DNA from: Candidatus Poribacteria bacterium
GTDB lineage: Bacteria > Poribacteria > WGA-4E > PCPOR2b
Direction: 5' to 3'
DNA: 64,000 nt
Assembly: GCA_965208675.1 (NCBI GenBank)
Contig: OZ242351.1
Location: forward strand, 2,528,001 to 2,592,000
The notes under the pieces are model-generated. The model ran no database searches, was not told the origin of the DNA, and worked only from the letters and a program-made list of their open reading frames with translations. Position 1 is the stretch's first letter. The number at the start of each line of letters is the position of its first letter. Both the position numbers and the translations under genes were made by a program. Shown in pieces: positions 40,538-49,496 of the stretch.

Positions 40538-40568
40538 ATTCAACATTAAACCAACAAGGAGGAATCCA

Positions 40569-41681
40569 ATGAGATTCAATCAACACTTAGAAAAATTCTA
40601 TTGCAGTACACTATCGACGCTTCTGGTTTTATCAGTCTTTCTCATCGGGTGCGGTCTCTCTGGTTGCGGCGAGGACGAGGAAATCGATCCTGACACGGGA
40701 GCCGCATTTGATGCAACCACCATTTTGAATGACTTCGCTAACAAGGTCGTGCTTGCCACCTACACCGATTTGGACAATAAAGCGAGTGACCTATTAAACG
40801 CTGTCAACGCATTAAACGCAGCCGCCAACCAATCCCATTTGGAATTGGCGCAAACAGCTTGGAAGGCAGCCAGGACACCGTGGGAACAGAGCGAAGCATT
40901 TTTGTTCGGCCCGGTTGATACACAGGGGCTCGACCCGGCGCTAGATAGTTGGCCCGTCAATAAAGTAGACCTCGACGCGGTGCTCGCCAGTGACCAGGAT
41001 TTGACCTCGGCATCCATTGACGCGCTAGAAGACACGCTGAAAGGCTTCCATACTATCGAGTATCTCCTCTTCCGCGAAGGAGACCAGAGAAAAGCTGAGG
41101 AAATTACGCCTCGAGAGCTCGAATATCTAATTGCCACTACGGAGAATCTGAAAGATAAAACTGGCCAGTTGCGTACCGCGTGGGATGCGTCGGGTGAAAA
41201 CTACGCCGGTGAGGTCGCTAACGCCGGCACATCGAGCACCATTTATAAATCACAGAAAGACGGTATGCAGGAGATGATCAACGGAATGATTGTCATCGCC
41301 GATGAAGTCGCTAACGGTAAAATTTCCGACCCGTTCTCCGAGCAGGACACAACCCTCGTCGAGTCGCAGTTTAGCTTCAACTCAATTAGCGATTTCCAAG
41401 ACAATATCCGCGGTATTCAGAATGTCTACATGGGGAAATTCACTGGCGATGGCCAAGGGCTCAACGAATTTATAAATGGAGTGGACGCCGGATTGGACGC
41501 CAGATTCCTTACCGAAGTCCAAACCGCCATTGATACCATCGGTGCGATTCCAGATCCATTCCGAGATTCTATCACTTCCCATCGTTCTTCAGTCCAAGCG
41601 GCAATTGACGCAGTAAATACGGTTCAGCGTACACTTGAGAACGATATCTTAAAGTTGGTGCTAGACGGTAACTTCAATTAA
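40569..41681 (+). CDS. Imelysin/IrpA-like iron-regulated lipoprotein
   Basis: LSGC lipobox, WEQSEAFLFGP, LDSWP, GFHTIEYLLF; AAGGAGG RBS before ATG 40569. Confidence 0.88.
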   Translation: MRFNQHLEKFYCSTLSTLLVLSVFLIGCGLSGCGEDEEIDPDTGAAFDATTILNDFANKVVLATYTDLDNKASDLLNAVNALNAAANQSHLELAQTAWKAARTPWEQSEAFLFGPVDTQGLDPALDSWPVNKVDLDAVLASDQDLTSASIDALEDTLKGFHTIEYLLFREGDQRKAEEITPRELEYLIATTENLKDKTGQLRTAWDASGENYAGEVANAGTSSTIYKSQKDGMQEMINGMIVIADEVANGKISDPFSEQDTTLVESQFSFNSISDFQDNIRGIQNVYMGKFTGDGQGLNEFINGVDAGLDARFLTEVQTAIDTIGAIPDPFRDSITSHRSSVQAAIDAVNTVQRTLENDILKLVLDGNFN

Positions 41682-41685
41682 TGAG

Positions 41686-41718
41686 AGAAACCGAGTTTTT
41701 TCAAAAAACTCGGTTTCT
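41686..41718. repeat. Palindromic REP-like repeat, possible terminator
   Basis: AGAAACCGAGTTTTT/AAAAACTCGGTTTCT; second copy at 57804-57840. Confidence 0.75.
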
Positions 41719-41733
41719 TCGCACCACTCACTA

Positions 41734-41934
41734 GGTTCTGTTGACATTTTGAGACTACTGATTCAGCAAAGGTTGTCACCATTGGATAATCTGATATAAG
41801 TAACGCAAACTGTTAGTTTGCGGGCTCGGATCACAATCTAACAGATTGTGTTACAAAAGATTCCTTTGTACTTGATAGGGACTGCCGTTTAACCGTTCAA
41901 TTCAACCTACGGGATGCCAAATGTCAACAAAACC
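41734..41934. mobile_element. 201-bp MITE
   Basis: TIRs GGTTCTGTTGACATTT / AAATGTCAACAAAACC with TA flanks; internal GTAACGCAAAC..GTTAC palindrome. Confidence 0.8.
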
Positions 41935-41937
41935 TAG

Positions 41938-42014
41938 TTTGTAGGAGAGGCTTCCTAGCCTCGATTATTAATCAGTCGATTCCTCCTTGTGTAAATATGA
42001 ACCCAAATGACTAT
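41938..42014 (+). repeat. ~75-bp dispersed repeat, copy 1
   Basis: TTTGTAGGAGAGGCTTCCTAGCCTCGAT..TGTGTAAATATGAACC..GACTA, near-identical to 58884-58959. Confidence 0.8.
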
Positions 42015-42588
42015 AACAGGGGCAAATTTGATATCCAAAATCGACTTTCCACACCTGTTTGAACGCGCCACTTGGGGTGCTGTAAGCTGTGAGTTTGAAT
42101 GCCTCAACAAGTTACCGCCGCTCAACCTTATCAGTAATGTCAACCTTGTTCCGTTCAGAGAGGATTTGTGGTTAATGCTTCGCACACAAACAGGGGAATG
42201 GGAAGTTCCGGGAGGCACGCTGGAGCCGGACGAATGCTATTCGGATGCAATAAGACGTGAGTTAATTGAAGAAGCTGGTGCACGGGTGATAACCTTTGAA
42301 CTACTCGGCGCATGGCACTGTTTTTCGACTGCTCCAAAACCCTATCGATCGCATCTGCCGCATCCCGAATTCTATCGGCTTGTGGGTTATGGAGCGGTAG
42401 AAATCATCAGCAGCCCTGAAAATCCTGAAGGCGGCGAACAGGTGGCAAGCGTAGAATTCGTCCCTATTGAGGAAGTTGTTCAACGGTTCCACGCCATCAA
42501 TCGGTTTGAGTTGGCAGAGTTATACCAGTTGGCAGCAAAAGTACGTGAGTCTAAAGCTGAAAACCGGCGAGAACGGACAGATCAATGA
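42007..42588 (+). CDS. NUDIX hydrolase
   Basis: Nudix box PGGTLEPDECYSDAIRRELIEEAG. Confidence 0.88.
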   Translation: MTITGANLISKIDFPHLFERATWGAVSCEFECLNKLPPLNLISNVNLVPFREDLWLMLRTQTGEWEVPGGTLEPDECYSDAIRRELIEEAGARVITFELLGAWHCFSTAPKPYRSHLPHPEFYRLVGYGAVEIISSPENPEGGEQVASVEFVPIEEVVQRFHAINRFELAELYQLAAKVRESKAENRRERTDQ

Positions 42589-42638
42589 AGATATATTTGT
42601 TCTCTTTTTGATGGGGCAAATATTAAGAGCTTGGAACC

Positions 42639-44039
42639 ATGAAATCAAATCATATCTCAAACACCCTATTCGCTGGGATACTGTTCTGTATGCTGATTAC
42701 TGCTTGTGATTCGGACGATCTAACCGATCCGGAGAAGATGGACATTGTGGATAAAAGGTTTTCCGGTGGGGAAACCACGGTTTTTGACGCAACCAGCCAT
42801 GCGTTTTCGACACCTGCCCCAAACCTTTCGGCAGACGGACTCGAAAAACACCTCGACGGAGACCTTGAATTTGAAGCAGTGTTTGTCACAGTGCCGGCGG
42901 AGGTCAACCCGGGGCTCGGTCCAGTTTACAACAATATCTCGTGTATCAACTGCCATGCGCGAGATGGACGGGGACGTGCACCGACATCCGGGGAAAAGCT
43001 CACATCAATGCTTTTCCGCGTGAGTCTTCCAAATACGGACGGTGACGTTACACATGGACCTGTCCCAGTTCCCGGTTTCGGCACACAACTCAACAACCGC
43101 GCGATTTACGGCGTGCCCCCAGAGGGGACGGTTACAATCAATTACACGGAAGGTGAACTCGCGACAAGCGACGGCGCGAAGGTGTATCTTCGCACGCCGA
43201 ACTACAGTATTGAAAACACATATCAACCGTTACCGGACGATGTTGAAATCTCTCCCCGCGTCGCCCCCGTTGTGTTTGGTTTAGGATTGCTTGAAGCGAT
43301 ACCTGAATCGACCATCCTCGCCTTGGCAGACGAGGAGGACCAGGATGGCGATGGCATTTCAGGGAAAGCGAATTACGTCTGGGATGTCCAGAAGAACGGG
43401 TTAAGCCTAGGTAGGTTCGGGTGGAAAGCAAATCAGCCGACGTTGCTTCAACAGGTCGCTTCTGCCTACCACGACGATATCGGTATTACAACTTCGCTAT
43501 TGCCGACCGAGAGTTCGGCTGGACAACCGCAATACGACGGTAGGGGTGACGACCCGGAACTCAGCGATGAAATTATGGACGTGGTGACGTTTTACATTCA
43601 AACCCTTGCAGTGCCTGCCCGCCGCAACCTTGACGACCCGGTTGTTCAGCGCGGCGAGGAACTCTTTGATAGCGCGGGCTGCACCGGATGCCATATCCCG
43701 ATGTTGCAGACGGGAACGCTGGCAGATGTGCCCGCGGTTTCTAACCAGACGATTTACCCATATACCGATCTGCTTCTGCACGATATGGGTCCGGGGTTAG
43801 CAGACTACCGCCCCGATTTCCTAGTGAGCGGATCGGAGTGGCGTACACCGCCGTTGTGGGGTATCGGGTTAATAAAAGTGGTCAACGGACACACCAACTT
43901 TCTCCACGACGGCCGCGCAAGAGGTTTGCTGGAGGCAATCCTGTGGCACGGTGGAGAGGCGGAACAATCGCGTGAGCGAGTTCAGCAGATGCCGGCAAGT
44001 GACAGAGAGGCGCTAATCGCGTTTCTGGAATCGCTGTAG
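42639..44039 (+). CDS. Di-heme oxidoreductase family lipoprotein
   Basis: CINCH and CTGCH heme c motifs, GLGLLEAI, GRFGWKA, YTDLLLHDMG, LHDGRAR. Confidence 0.92.
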   Translation: MKSNHISNTLFAGILFCMLITACDSDDLTDPEKMDIVDKRFSGGETTVFDATSHAFSTPAPNLSADGLEKHLDGDLEFEAVFVTVPAEVNPGLGPVYNNISCINCHARDGRGRAPTSGEKLTSMLFRVSLPNTDGDVTHGPVPVPGFGTQLNNRAIYGVPPEGTVTINYTEGELATSDGAKVYLRTPNYSIENTYQPLPDDVEISPRVAPVVFGLGLLEAIPESTILALADEEDQDGDGISGKANYVWDVQKNGLSLGRFGWKANQPTLLQQVASAYHDDIGITTSLLPTESSAGQPQYDGRGDDPELSDEIMDVVTFYIQTLAVPARRNLDDPVVQRGEELFDSAGCTGCHIPMLQTGTLADVPAVSNQTIYPYTDLLLHDMGPGLADYRPDFLVSGSEWRTPPLWGIGLIKVVNGHTNFLHDGRARGLLEAILWHGGEAEQSRERVQQMPASDREALIAFLESL

Positions 44040-44126
44040 GAATGAAGTCCTATCATCCATTTAGGCATTGGACATTAGTTTTAATCTTTATGATGTAGTT
44101 TATGTCAACAATACTTGAGGAAAAAT

Positions 44127-44546
44127 ATGACCTTGCAAGTTCAAGAGGTTCAAAACAGCCCCAGCACCCCGCGTTTCATCATAGCAGCCAAGACGGACGA
44201 AATTAGACCGGGTAGCTGTATTGACGCAAAGCTAGAAGGGCATTGCATTGGTATCCACAATGTCGATGGACAGTATTACGCGGTCGACAATATTTGTCCC
44301 CATGTTGGCGGAGTTTTACACTCAGGTCAGTTAATGGACGGGGTTATCGTCTGTCCAATTCATCAATGGAAGTTTGATGTCAAGACGGGCGCGTGCATCT
44401 GGCCGGGGAAATGCGAGATTGCGACCTATCCCGTGAAGGTTGACGGCGACCACATTTTTGTTGATATCAATTCACCGAGCCGCCCAATCCAACATAACCC
44501 CATTCGAGTTTATCATACGAAGGCAAAACGGAGGGCAAAGCCGTGA
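44127..44546 (+). CDS. Rieske [2Fe-2S] ferredoxin
   Basis: CPH..CPIH motifs. Confidence 0.9.
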   Translation: MTLQVQEVQNSPSTPRFIIAAKTDEIRPGSCIDAKLEGHCIGIHNVDGQYYAVDNICPHVGGVLHSGQLMDGVIVCPIHQWKFDVKTGACIWPGKCEIATYPVKVDGDHIFVDINSPSRPIQHNPIRVYHTKAKRRAKP

Positions 44547-44899
44547 TAACTGTCGCGAATCGAATTTACGTTGCGCCTGAATTTAGAGAAGACTTCGAGG
44601 CGCGTTTCCGAAATCGCGCACGCCTTGTCGACGGCATGCCCGGGTTCATATCAAATCAGGTGTTGCGGCCGGTAAATGACGATGACCCTTACGTGGTTTT
44701 TACACTTTGGGCATCACGCAAAGACTTTGAAAACTGGGTGGAATCGGATGAATTCCGGAAGGGGCATGCCCAATCCGGAACATTGCCCAAAGAGGCGTTC
44801 ACGCAATCGAACAAGTTAGAACTTCACGAGGTATTTCTCGATTCTTCTCGTCCGGACCTTGTGGAAGAGCCGCACGGCGGCGCATTCAGCGTACATTAG
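44543..44899 (+). CDS. ABM-domain heme-degrading monooxygenase (IsdG/HmoA-like)
   Basis: NRIYV, FEARFRNR, MPGF, W..SDEFRKGH. Confidence 0.82.
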   Translation: MITVANRIYVAPEFREDFEARFRNRARLVDGMPGFISNQVLRPVNDDDPYVVFTLWASRKDFENWVESDEFRKGHAQSGTLPKEAFTQSNKLELHEVFLDSSRPDLVEEPHGGAFSVH

Positions 44900-45046
44900 A
44901 ATGTGTAAAAACAACCGACATTCAGATTTCAGATAAAGGCTCACGAAGATGTACGACGAATTGTTTTCACACGAATCTATCAGTAAAACATATGAGCACA
45001 TTTGTACCGACACGGCGAGTGTGGCTCAATTCGTAAAATTACTTAT

Positions 45047-45067
45047 TGATACTGAGATTCGTTTTCA
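45047..45067. promoter_or_regulatory. Fur-like 21-bp operator
   Basis: TGATACTGAGATTCGTTTTCA. Confidence 0.65.
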
Positions 45068-45082
45068 ATAAATGTGAAAAAA

Positions 45083-45242
45083 ACAGAAAGGGCCAACAAC
45101 AGGGAAAGGGACAGCACGCAACGGTCAATTGTTAGCTAGCTCCCGTATCCCCGTTGATTAGATGAATTGGGGCTTTTTTGCGCCCAATCGGGGCGAACGT
45201 TAGCAAATCAACAATTTCCCAAACGCGCCCCGCCCTTTCTGT
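45083..45242. ncRNA. Unidentified structured RNA element, copy A
   Basis: Closed by ACAGAAAGGGC/GCCCTTTCTGT; shares conserved blocks with 52988-53107; functional strand not settled. Confidence 0.6.
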
Positions 45243-45249
45243 ACAAATA

Positions 45250-45279
45250 AGAGTAAGCCAATCGCTTAACAAATGTCAA
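45250..45279 (-). promoter_or_regulatory. Antisense sigma70 promoter A
   Basis: Minus strand TTGACA-18bp-TACTCT; predicted start falls at the edge of the structured element. Confidence 0.55.
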
Positions 45280-45343
45280 GAAAATAGTACGTCGTCGGTC
45301 AATGACGACGACATTAATAACCATTATCAGGTTGAGGATTTAT

Positions 45344-45598
45344 ATGATGAAACTAACCCCTATCCAATTTAGCATCTTGTTGTTGGTAATGGTGGCTGCA
45401 ACCGGTCTGGTGTTGTCTGGTTGTGAGAGCGACCCTTTGCTTGAACCGCAGTCTCAAGTCCCTGAAGAGACCGGCAGCTACGGCAATACGAATCTCCCGG
45501 TCAGTGGAACCGACAACTCGAACAATGCGGTCAACGCCGGTCAGAATAAAGATATTGACGGCAACCGCTACAGGAAAACCAATCCAGAACTCTTTTGA
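45344..45598 (+). CDS. Small lipoprotein
   Basis: GAGG RBS, signal with LSGC lipobox, low-complexity body ending NPELF. Confidence 0.7.
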   Translation: MMKLTPIQFSILLLVMVAATGLVLSGCESDPLLEPQSQVPEETGSYGNTNLPVSGTDNSNNAVNAGQNKDIDGNRYRKTNPELF

Positions 45599-45617
45599 AA
45601 GTGTAGGGAACACATCT

Positions 45618-48089
45618 ATGCATCAGATTTTAGGAATTTTAATGACATTAATTCTTCTACTAGGCACGCCGAATCTTTGCTTTAGCTCAGTCGAGATTCG
45701 CGGTAAAGTTGTTGACAAAGAGACGGCACAACCGATTATGGGCGCCGCGGTTAGAATTGAATCCAATGGACAGGACTCGCGAGAGACAAAAACGGTACGA
45801 GATGGCACTTTCCATTTTGCTCAGGTTGACTTGGGGCAGATACTGATTAAGGTAAGTCTGATCGGTTATGATGATTATGTTGAGATGCTTGAGATAGATT
45901 CCGATACCACGCAAGCGTTAGACATAGCCTTGTTGAGCCGTCTCTTTGAATTTGCGCCCGTAGAGATCATTGGCAAATCACCGCAGATTAACAGAAAACT
46001 CACCGGCACTATTAGCGTATTGGAACCGCAATCGGTCGAGTTGATTCGCCCGGTTGGGACACAGGAATTGCTCGAACTCATGCCCGGCATAAACGGCTAC
46101 GCGGACGACGGATTCGGAAATTCGCGTTTGAGCATTGGCATCCGCGGTTTGAATCCGCGCCGGAGTGCGCGAGTCCTTATCCTAGAAGATGGTGTACCGA
46201 TTCAACCCGCGGTCTACATCTATCCGAATGCCTACTACAATCCGCCATCAGATAGAATCGATGCGGTGGAGGTCATTAAAGGGAGTGCCGCACTTCGTTT
46301 TGGTCCCCAAACAATGGGTGGGGTCATTAACTATACTACTCATAAACCGGTGGGGACCCGCCGCTTGGCAAATCAGTTGACTGTCGGAAATAACGGATTT
46401 TACAGCGCCTTCTCGGAGTGGCGGGGCCTCGGCAGCAAAAATATCGCTTCCGACGTACAACTGCTTTATAAACACGGCGACGGATTTCGGGAAAACAATT
46501 CGTTTGACCAAGCGAACGGCACCGTAAAGACGCTGTTCCAATTGAGTGAGCAAAAGACGCTCTATCTCAAAGCTAACGGCAATTTTGAAGACTCGAGCGC
46601 GACCTACACTGGATTGACGGAATACTCCTTCCGAACTGACCCAAACTTCAATCCGAAGGAGGACGATAATTTTAAGGTCATTCGTACATCGCTTGATCTA
46701 ATTTACACGAACAGGATTTCAAATAATCTCATAAGCAACACCACCGTATACACAAGCGTGTTTGACCGCCGATGGTGGCGCGAGGATGATATCTACGTTC
46801 GTCCTTCGGCAATTGAAACGGGGAATTTAGCGCCGGTCCCCTATTTTCAAACCGGGGACTTAGTGAGAATAGGCGGCGGAAAAGGGAATTTTGGAATCTT
46901 GAGGACGTTTTACGTCGGCGGCATAGAACAAAATTATTCCTTCAAACACCGCCTTGCCGGGACACACAGCAACGCTGACATTGGCGCACGAGTTCACTGG
47001 GAACGCTTTATCGACGATAAAAAGATTGGTGATGCTCCAGATGCACGCGACGGTGTCTACTACACTGGCACGCCGGTGGACGCCGAAGACCCCGTGAAAA
47101 TTGTGGGTCAAAGCCACCACTACGAAACCGCTGCCCTCGCACTCTATGCTAAAGAACAACTTGAGTGGGACGAGTTCACGCTGACTCCGGGACTCCGCTT
47201 TGAGGTGTTTAAGCAGGACCGAGTTGACCGGCTATACGGTTCTGTGCTAGCCGACAAGGTTTCTTCTGTTGTGTTGCCCGGCATAGGAGCAAACTATCAG
47301 CTCGGTAGATTCAATCTGTTCGGAGGGGTTCACAGAGGATATACAGCGCCATCCAGCGGAGCGTTAAAAATTACCAATTTCGGACAAAACGTCGACGCCG
47401 GCGGGCTCGACCTCAAGGCCGAAAAGAGTTGGAACATGGAAGCCGGTTTCAGGTCTTGGGGGCAGCGTTTGACCGTAGAAGTCACCGGATTCCTAATTAG
47501 CATCTCGGACATAGTCGCGGCAGGACGTGGTACAGCCTTTAAGAATTTAGGTAGAGTTGACAATTACGGATTGGAAACCGCGGTTGCAATCGGCGTTTCA
47601 CGATTCGCACCGTTGCTTCCCGACGTTAATCTTGCTTACACCTATCTCCAAACTGAAATCAAGAGCGGTATCGTCAAGTCCGCCACTATTGCCGGGAACG
47701 TAGATGTAGACCTCGTTGGAAACGAATTGCCCTACGCGCCGCGGCACACCTTGACTGTCGGATTGGCAAAACAGCTTGGTGATGCCCTGCGCTTGAGAGC
47801 AGACATGCGATTTGTCGACAAGGTCTTCACAGACTTTGAGAATATCGAACAGACGTTTAATCGCGGTGATACTGGCCCCATTCCGAGCTACACAATCGTC
47901 AATGCAAGTGCGGATTATAAAATTTCGAGCCAATGGAAGGCTTTTGTTGCGGGCAAAAACCTCTTTGACAAAGTCTACATCGGGTCGAGATTGCACTCGA
48001 ACGCCGGTCAACCAGAAGCAAACCTAAGCTCAGGTATTCTTGTTGGACCCAGGCGGCAGATACTTTTTGGTATCAAGCATGGGTTTTAG
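45618..48089 (+). CDS. TonB-dependent receptor (FecA-like) with N-terminal carboxypeptidase-regulatory-like domain
   Basis: IGIRGLNPRRSARVLILEDGVP plug, EVIKG, NLFD, terminal F; start taken at MHQILG. Confidence 0.92.
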   Translation: MHQILGILMTLILLLGTPNLCFSSVEIRGKVVDKETAQPIMGAAVRIESNGQDSRETKTVRDGTFHFAQVDLGQILIKVSLIGYDDYVEMLEIDSDTTQALDIALLSRLFEFAPVEIIGKSPQINRKLTGTISVLEPQSVELIRPVGTQELLELMPGINGYADDGFGNSRLSIGIRGLNPRRSARVLILEDGVPIQPAVYIYPNAYYNPPSDRIDAVEVIKGSAALRFGPQTMGGVINYTTHKPVGTRRLANQLTVGNNGFYSAFSEWRGLGSKNIASDVQLLYKHGDGFRENNSFDQANGTVKTLFQLSEQKTLYLKANGNFEDSSATYTGLTEYSFRTDPNFNPKEDDNFKVIRTSLDLIYTNRISNNLISNTTVYTSVFDRRWWREDDIYVRPSAIETGNLAPVPYFQTGDLVRIGGGKGNFGILRTFYVGGIEQNYSFKHRLAGTHSNADIGARVHWERFIDDKKIGDAPDARDGVYYTGTPVDAEDPVKIVGQSHHYETAALALYAKEQLEWDEFTLTPGLRFEVFKQDRVDRLYGSVLADKVSSVVLPGIGANYQLGRFNLFGGVHRGYTAPSSGALKITNFGQNVDAGGLDLKAEKSWNMEAGFRSWGQRLTVEVTGFLISISDIVAAGRGTAFKNLGRVDNYGLETAVAIGVSRFAPLLPDVNLAYTYLQTEIKSGIVKSATIAGNVDVDLVGNELPYAPRHTLTVGLAKQLGDALRLRADMRFVDKVFTDFENIEQTFNRGDTGPIPSYTIVNASADYKISSQWKAFVAGKNLFDKVYIGSRLHSNAGQPEANLSSGILVGPRRQILFGIKHGF

Positions 48090-48157
48090 TCAAAACCTTT
48101 CAAACGAGAGGTTTAATCGGTTAAATTTTTAACCATTCAATTTGAAGAGGAGAACAA

Positions 48158-49483
48158 ATGAAAGTGTTTACCGAGCGGATTCTCTGGACAACTGTGCTAC
48201 TCTTGGCGACCAGCCTGTTTGTTGTAGGTTGCGGCGAGGATGACACGGAGGATCCTCTCACTGAAGAACCACCAGAAGGCGACGCCGCCATTCAGGTGCC
48301 GTCCGCTTACGTATTTGACAGTCGTTTCGTTGAAGGCAAAAGCAGCGTTTCCTATTCCGGACAGACGGTGCGCAATCTGCTGTTGCAAGACCTGAAAATC
48401 TTTATTGACAGTTTGGGCAAAGACGGCGCTCGAGCAGCAGCTGTTCAAGAAATGCTTAATCTTTATGATTACGACGATGGACTCAACCTTAAATCACTTA
48501 GTACCGCCGGCGCACTGCCAGTTTTGGAGAGCCATTATTCCTCGATTTCGACCGGCAAAAATCTGTCAGGGAAAATTTCGGGAGACGTCGTCATAGGCTA
48601 CGACCATACCGCGGACGAACTGGTGCGAGAGTGGTTTCAAATTATCGCGGATAACTCGGAAAACCCTGATAAACTCGGAACACCGGCGGTCTACACCGAT
48701 GACAACGGCGTTGACCTGACGCAGATGATTAACAAAGTACTTATCGGTGCGGTGCCTTACTATCAAGCCACGGGAGTTTATCTCGACAGCTTGCTAGACC
48801 GCGACAACAACGAGGCGCGTAATGGAACCGACCCCTACACCGCTATGGAACATGCGTGGGACGAAGCCTTCGGCTACTTTGGCGCTGCGCGAGACTATGC
48901 CCGCTATACCGATGAACAACTCGCCGGCAGCATCGATGATTTTACCTTTGACTCCAACGGCGACGGCAGCATCGATTTCAAGTCGGAGTATAATTTTGGA
49001 CTCTCGCGTAACGCCGGCAAGCGTGATAAAGGGGGCTCTGGCGTGAACTTCACGCAGGAGATTTTCGATGCGTTCCTCAAGGGCCGCACCCTAATCACTA
49101 ACCAAGGCACCGTGGCTGAAATCAGTCAACAGCGGCAGATCGCTGCAAACGGTATGGAGAAGGTAATCGCCGCGACAGTTGTCCATTATATTAACGATAC
49201 GCTCAGCGACATGTCCAAGCTGGGTACGGCGGATGAAAATCGCGTCAATCAAAATAAGCACTGGGCAGAAATGAAAGGGTTTACTGTAGCCCTGCAATAT
49301 AATCCGTTCAGGCTGATTAGCGACGGGCAACTCAGGGAATTGCACGGCATCATGGGTCAGGCGCCAGCCTACGACGCCCCCGGCAGCAACGGGTATGACA
49401 CGACGGTTGCGAACTACAACCGTGCGAAGACTGTGTTGCAGGAAGCGTATGGATTCTCCGGCGCCAATATGGCAAATTGGTAA
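48158..49483 (+). CDS. DUF4856-like iron-locus lipoprotein
   Basis: VVGC lipobox, SVSYSGQTVR, MEHAWDEAFGYFG, KHWAEMKGF. Confidence 0.8.
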   Translation: MKVFTERILWTTVLLLATSLFVVGCGEDDTEDPLTEEPPEGDAAIQVPSAYVFDSRFVEGKSSVSYSGQTVRNLLLQDLKIFIDSLGKDGARAAAVQEMLNLYDYDDGLNLKSLSTAGALPVLESHYSSISTGKNLSGKISGDVVIGYDHTADELVREWFQIIADNSENPDKLGTPAVYTDDNGVDLTQMINKVLIGAVPYYQATGVYLDSLLDRDNNEARNGTDPYTAMEHAWDEAFGYFGAARDYARYTDEQLAGSIDDFTFDSNGDGSIDFKSEYNFGLSRNAGKRDKGGSGVNFTQEIFDAFLKGRTLITNQGTVAEISQQRQIAANGMEKVIAATVVHYINDTLSDMSKLGTADENRVNQNKHWAEMKGFTVALQYNPFRLISDGQLRELHGIMGQAPAYDAPGSNGYDTTVANYNRAKTVLQEAYGFSGANMANW

Positions 49484-49496
49484 GACTTAAACGATT

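Noticed and set aside
45083-45260. Cobalamin riboswitch upstream of the TonB receptors
   Set aside because: AACAGGGAA, CGCAACGG and AAGCCA resemble parts of it, but the GGTG-AA-TCC arm and the GCCACTG/GGGAAG core are absent and the GGGAA pairs in a different stem. A cmscan run is needed to exclude a variant.
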